This document shows positions 63,985-64,000 of a stretch of 64,000 nt of DNA, piece by piece; position 1 is the first letter of the stretch, and the number at the start of each line of letters is the position of its first letter. Source of the DNA: Chloroflexota bacterium. Lineage in GTDB: Bacteria; Chloroflexota; Limnocylindria; Limnocylindrales; CSP1-4. The translations under genes and the position numbers were made by a program. The DNA is taken from positions 2,704 to 66,703 of the forward strand of contig JBIQKJ010000016.1 of assembly GCA_044506615.1 (NCBI GenBank), read 5' to 3'. A model generated the notes under the pieces. The model was not told the origin of the DNA, did not search any database, and saw nothing but the letters and a program-made list of their open reading frames with translations.

Positions 63985-64000
63985 GCCCGCCCGGGATGAA

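Overview
Very GC-rich bacterial chromosomal window. Its style is Actinomycetota-like: strong GGAGG ribosome-binding sites, frequent GTG/TTG starts and many ATGA/GTGA overlaps between adjacent genes. About 57 protein genes can be supported. I found no rRNA, tRNA, CRISPR array, transposase or integrase. Most very long ORFs in the track are antisense or out-of-frame shadow ORFs, and many real genes start downstream of the listed ORF start.

Four things stand out:
- **Orphan catabolic island (7.6-22.4 kb).** Two paralogous Tat-signal amidohydrolases bracket a Liv/HAAT-type ABC importer that includes a fused permease-ATPase. A divergent operon encodes an M24 creatinase-like hydrolase, a stand-alone TPP E1 alpha/beta pair, a HIBADH-like dehydrogenase and a cytosolic amidohydrolase. 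Both secreted-amidohydrolase genes carry the same conserved lower-GC promoter/leader block.
- **Metal/redox island (46.9-62.7 kb).** It contains two P1B copper ATPases, each preceded by an ATAC-N9-GTAT box of the CsoR type, but no csoR gene is visible in the window.
- **Three-gene module inside that island.** It comprises a membrane-anchored alpha/beta hydrolase, a lipase-maturation-factor (LMF1/DUF1222) homolog, and a translationally coupled FAD oxidoreductase. This may be a bacterial counterpart of the eukaryotic lipase-maturation system.
- **Several unexplained cis elements.** These are a plus-strand-specific nested hairpin in the 534-bp spacer at 1.08-1.2 kb, a structured msiK leader, and a Nudix gene whose conserved N-terminus has no canonical start codon.

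All functional calls come from reading translated motifs by eye. No database search was run.
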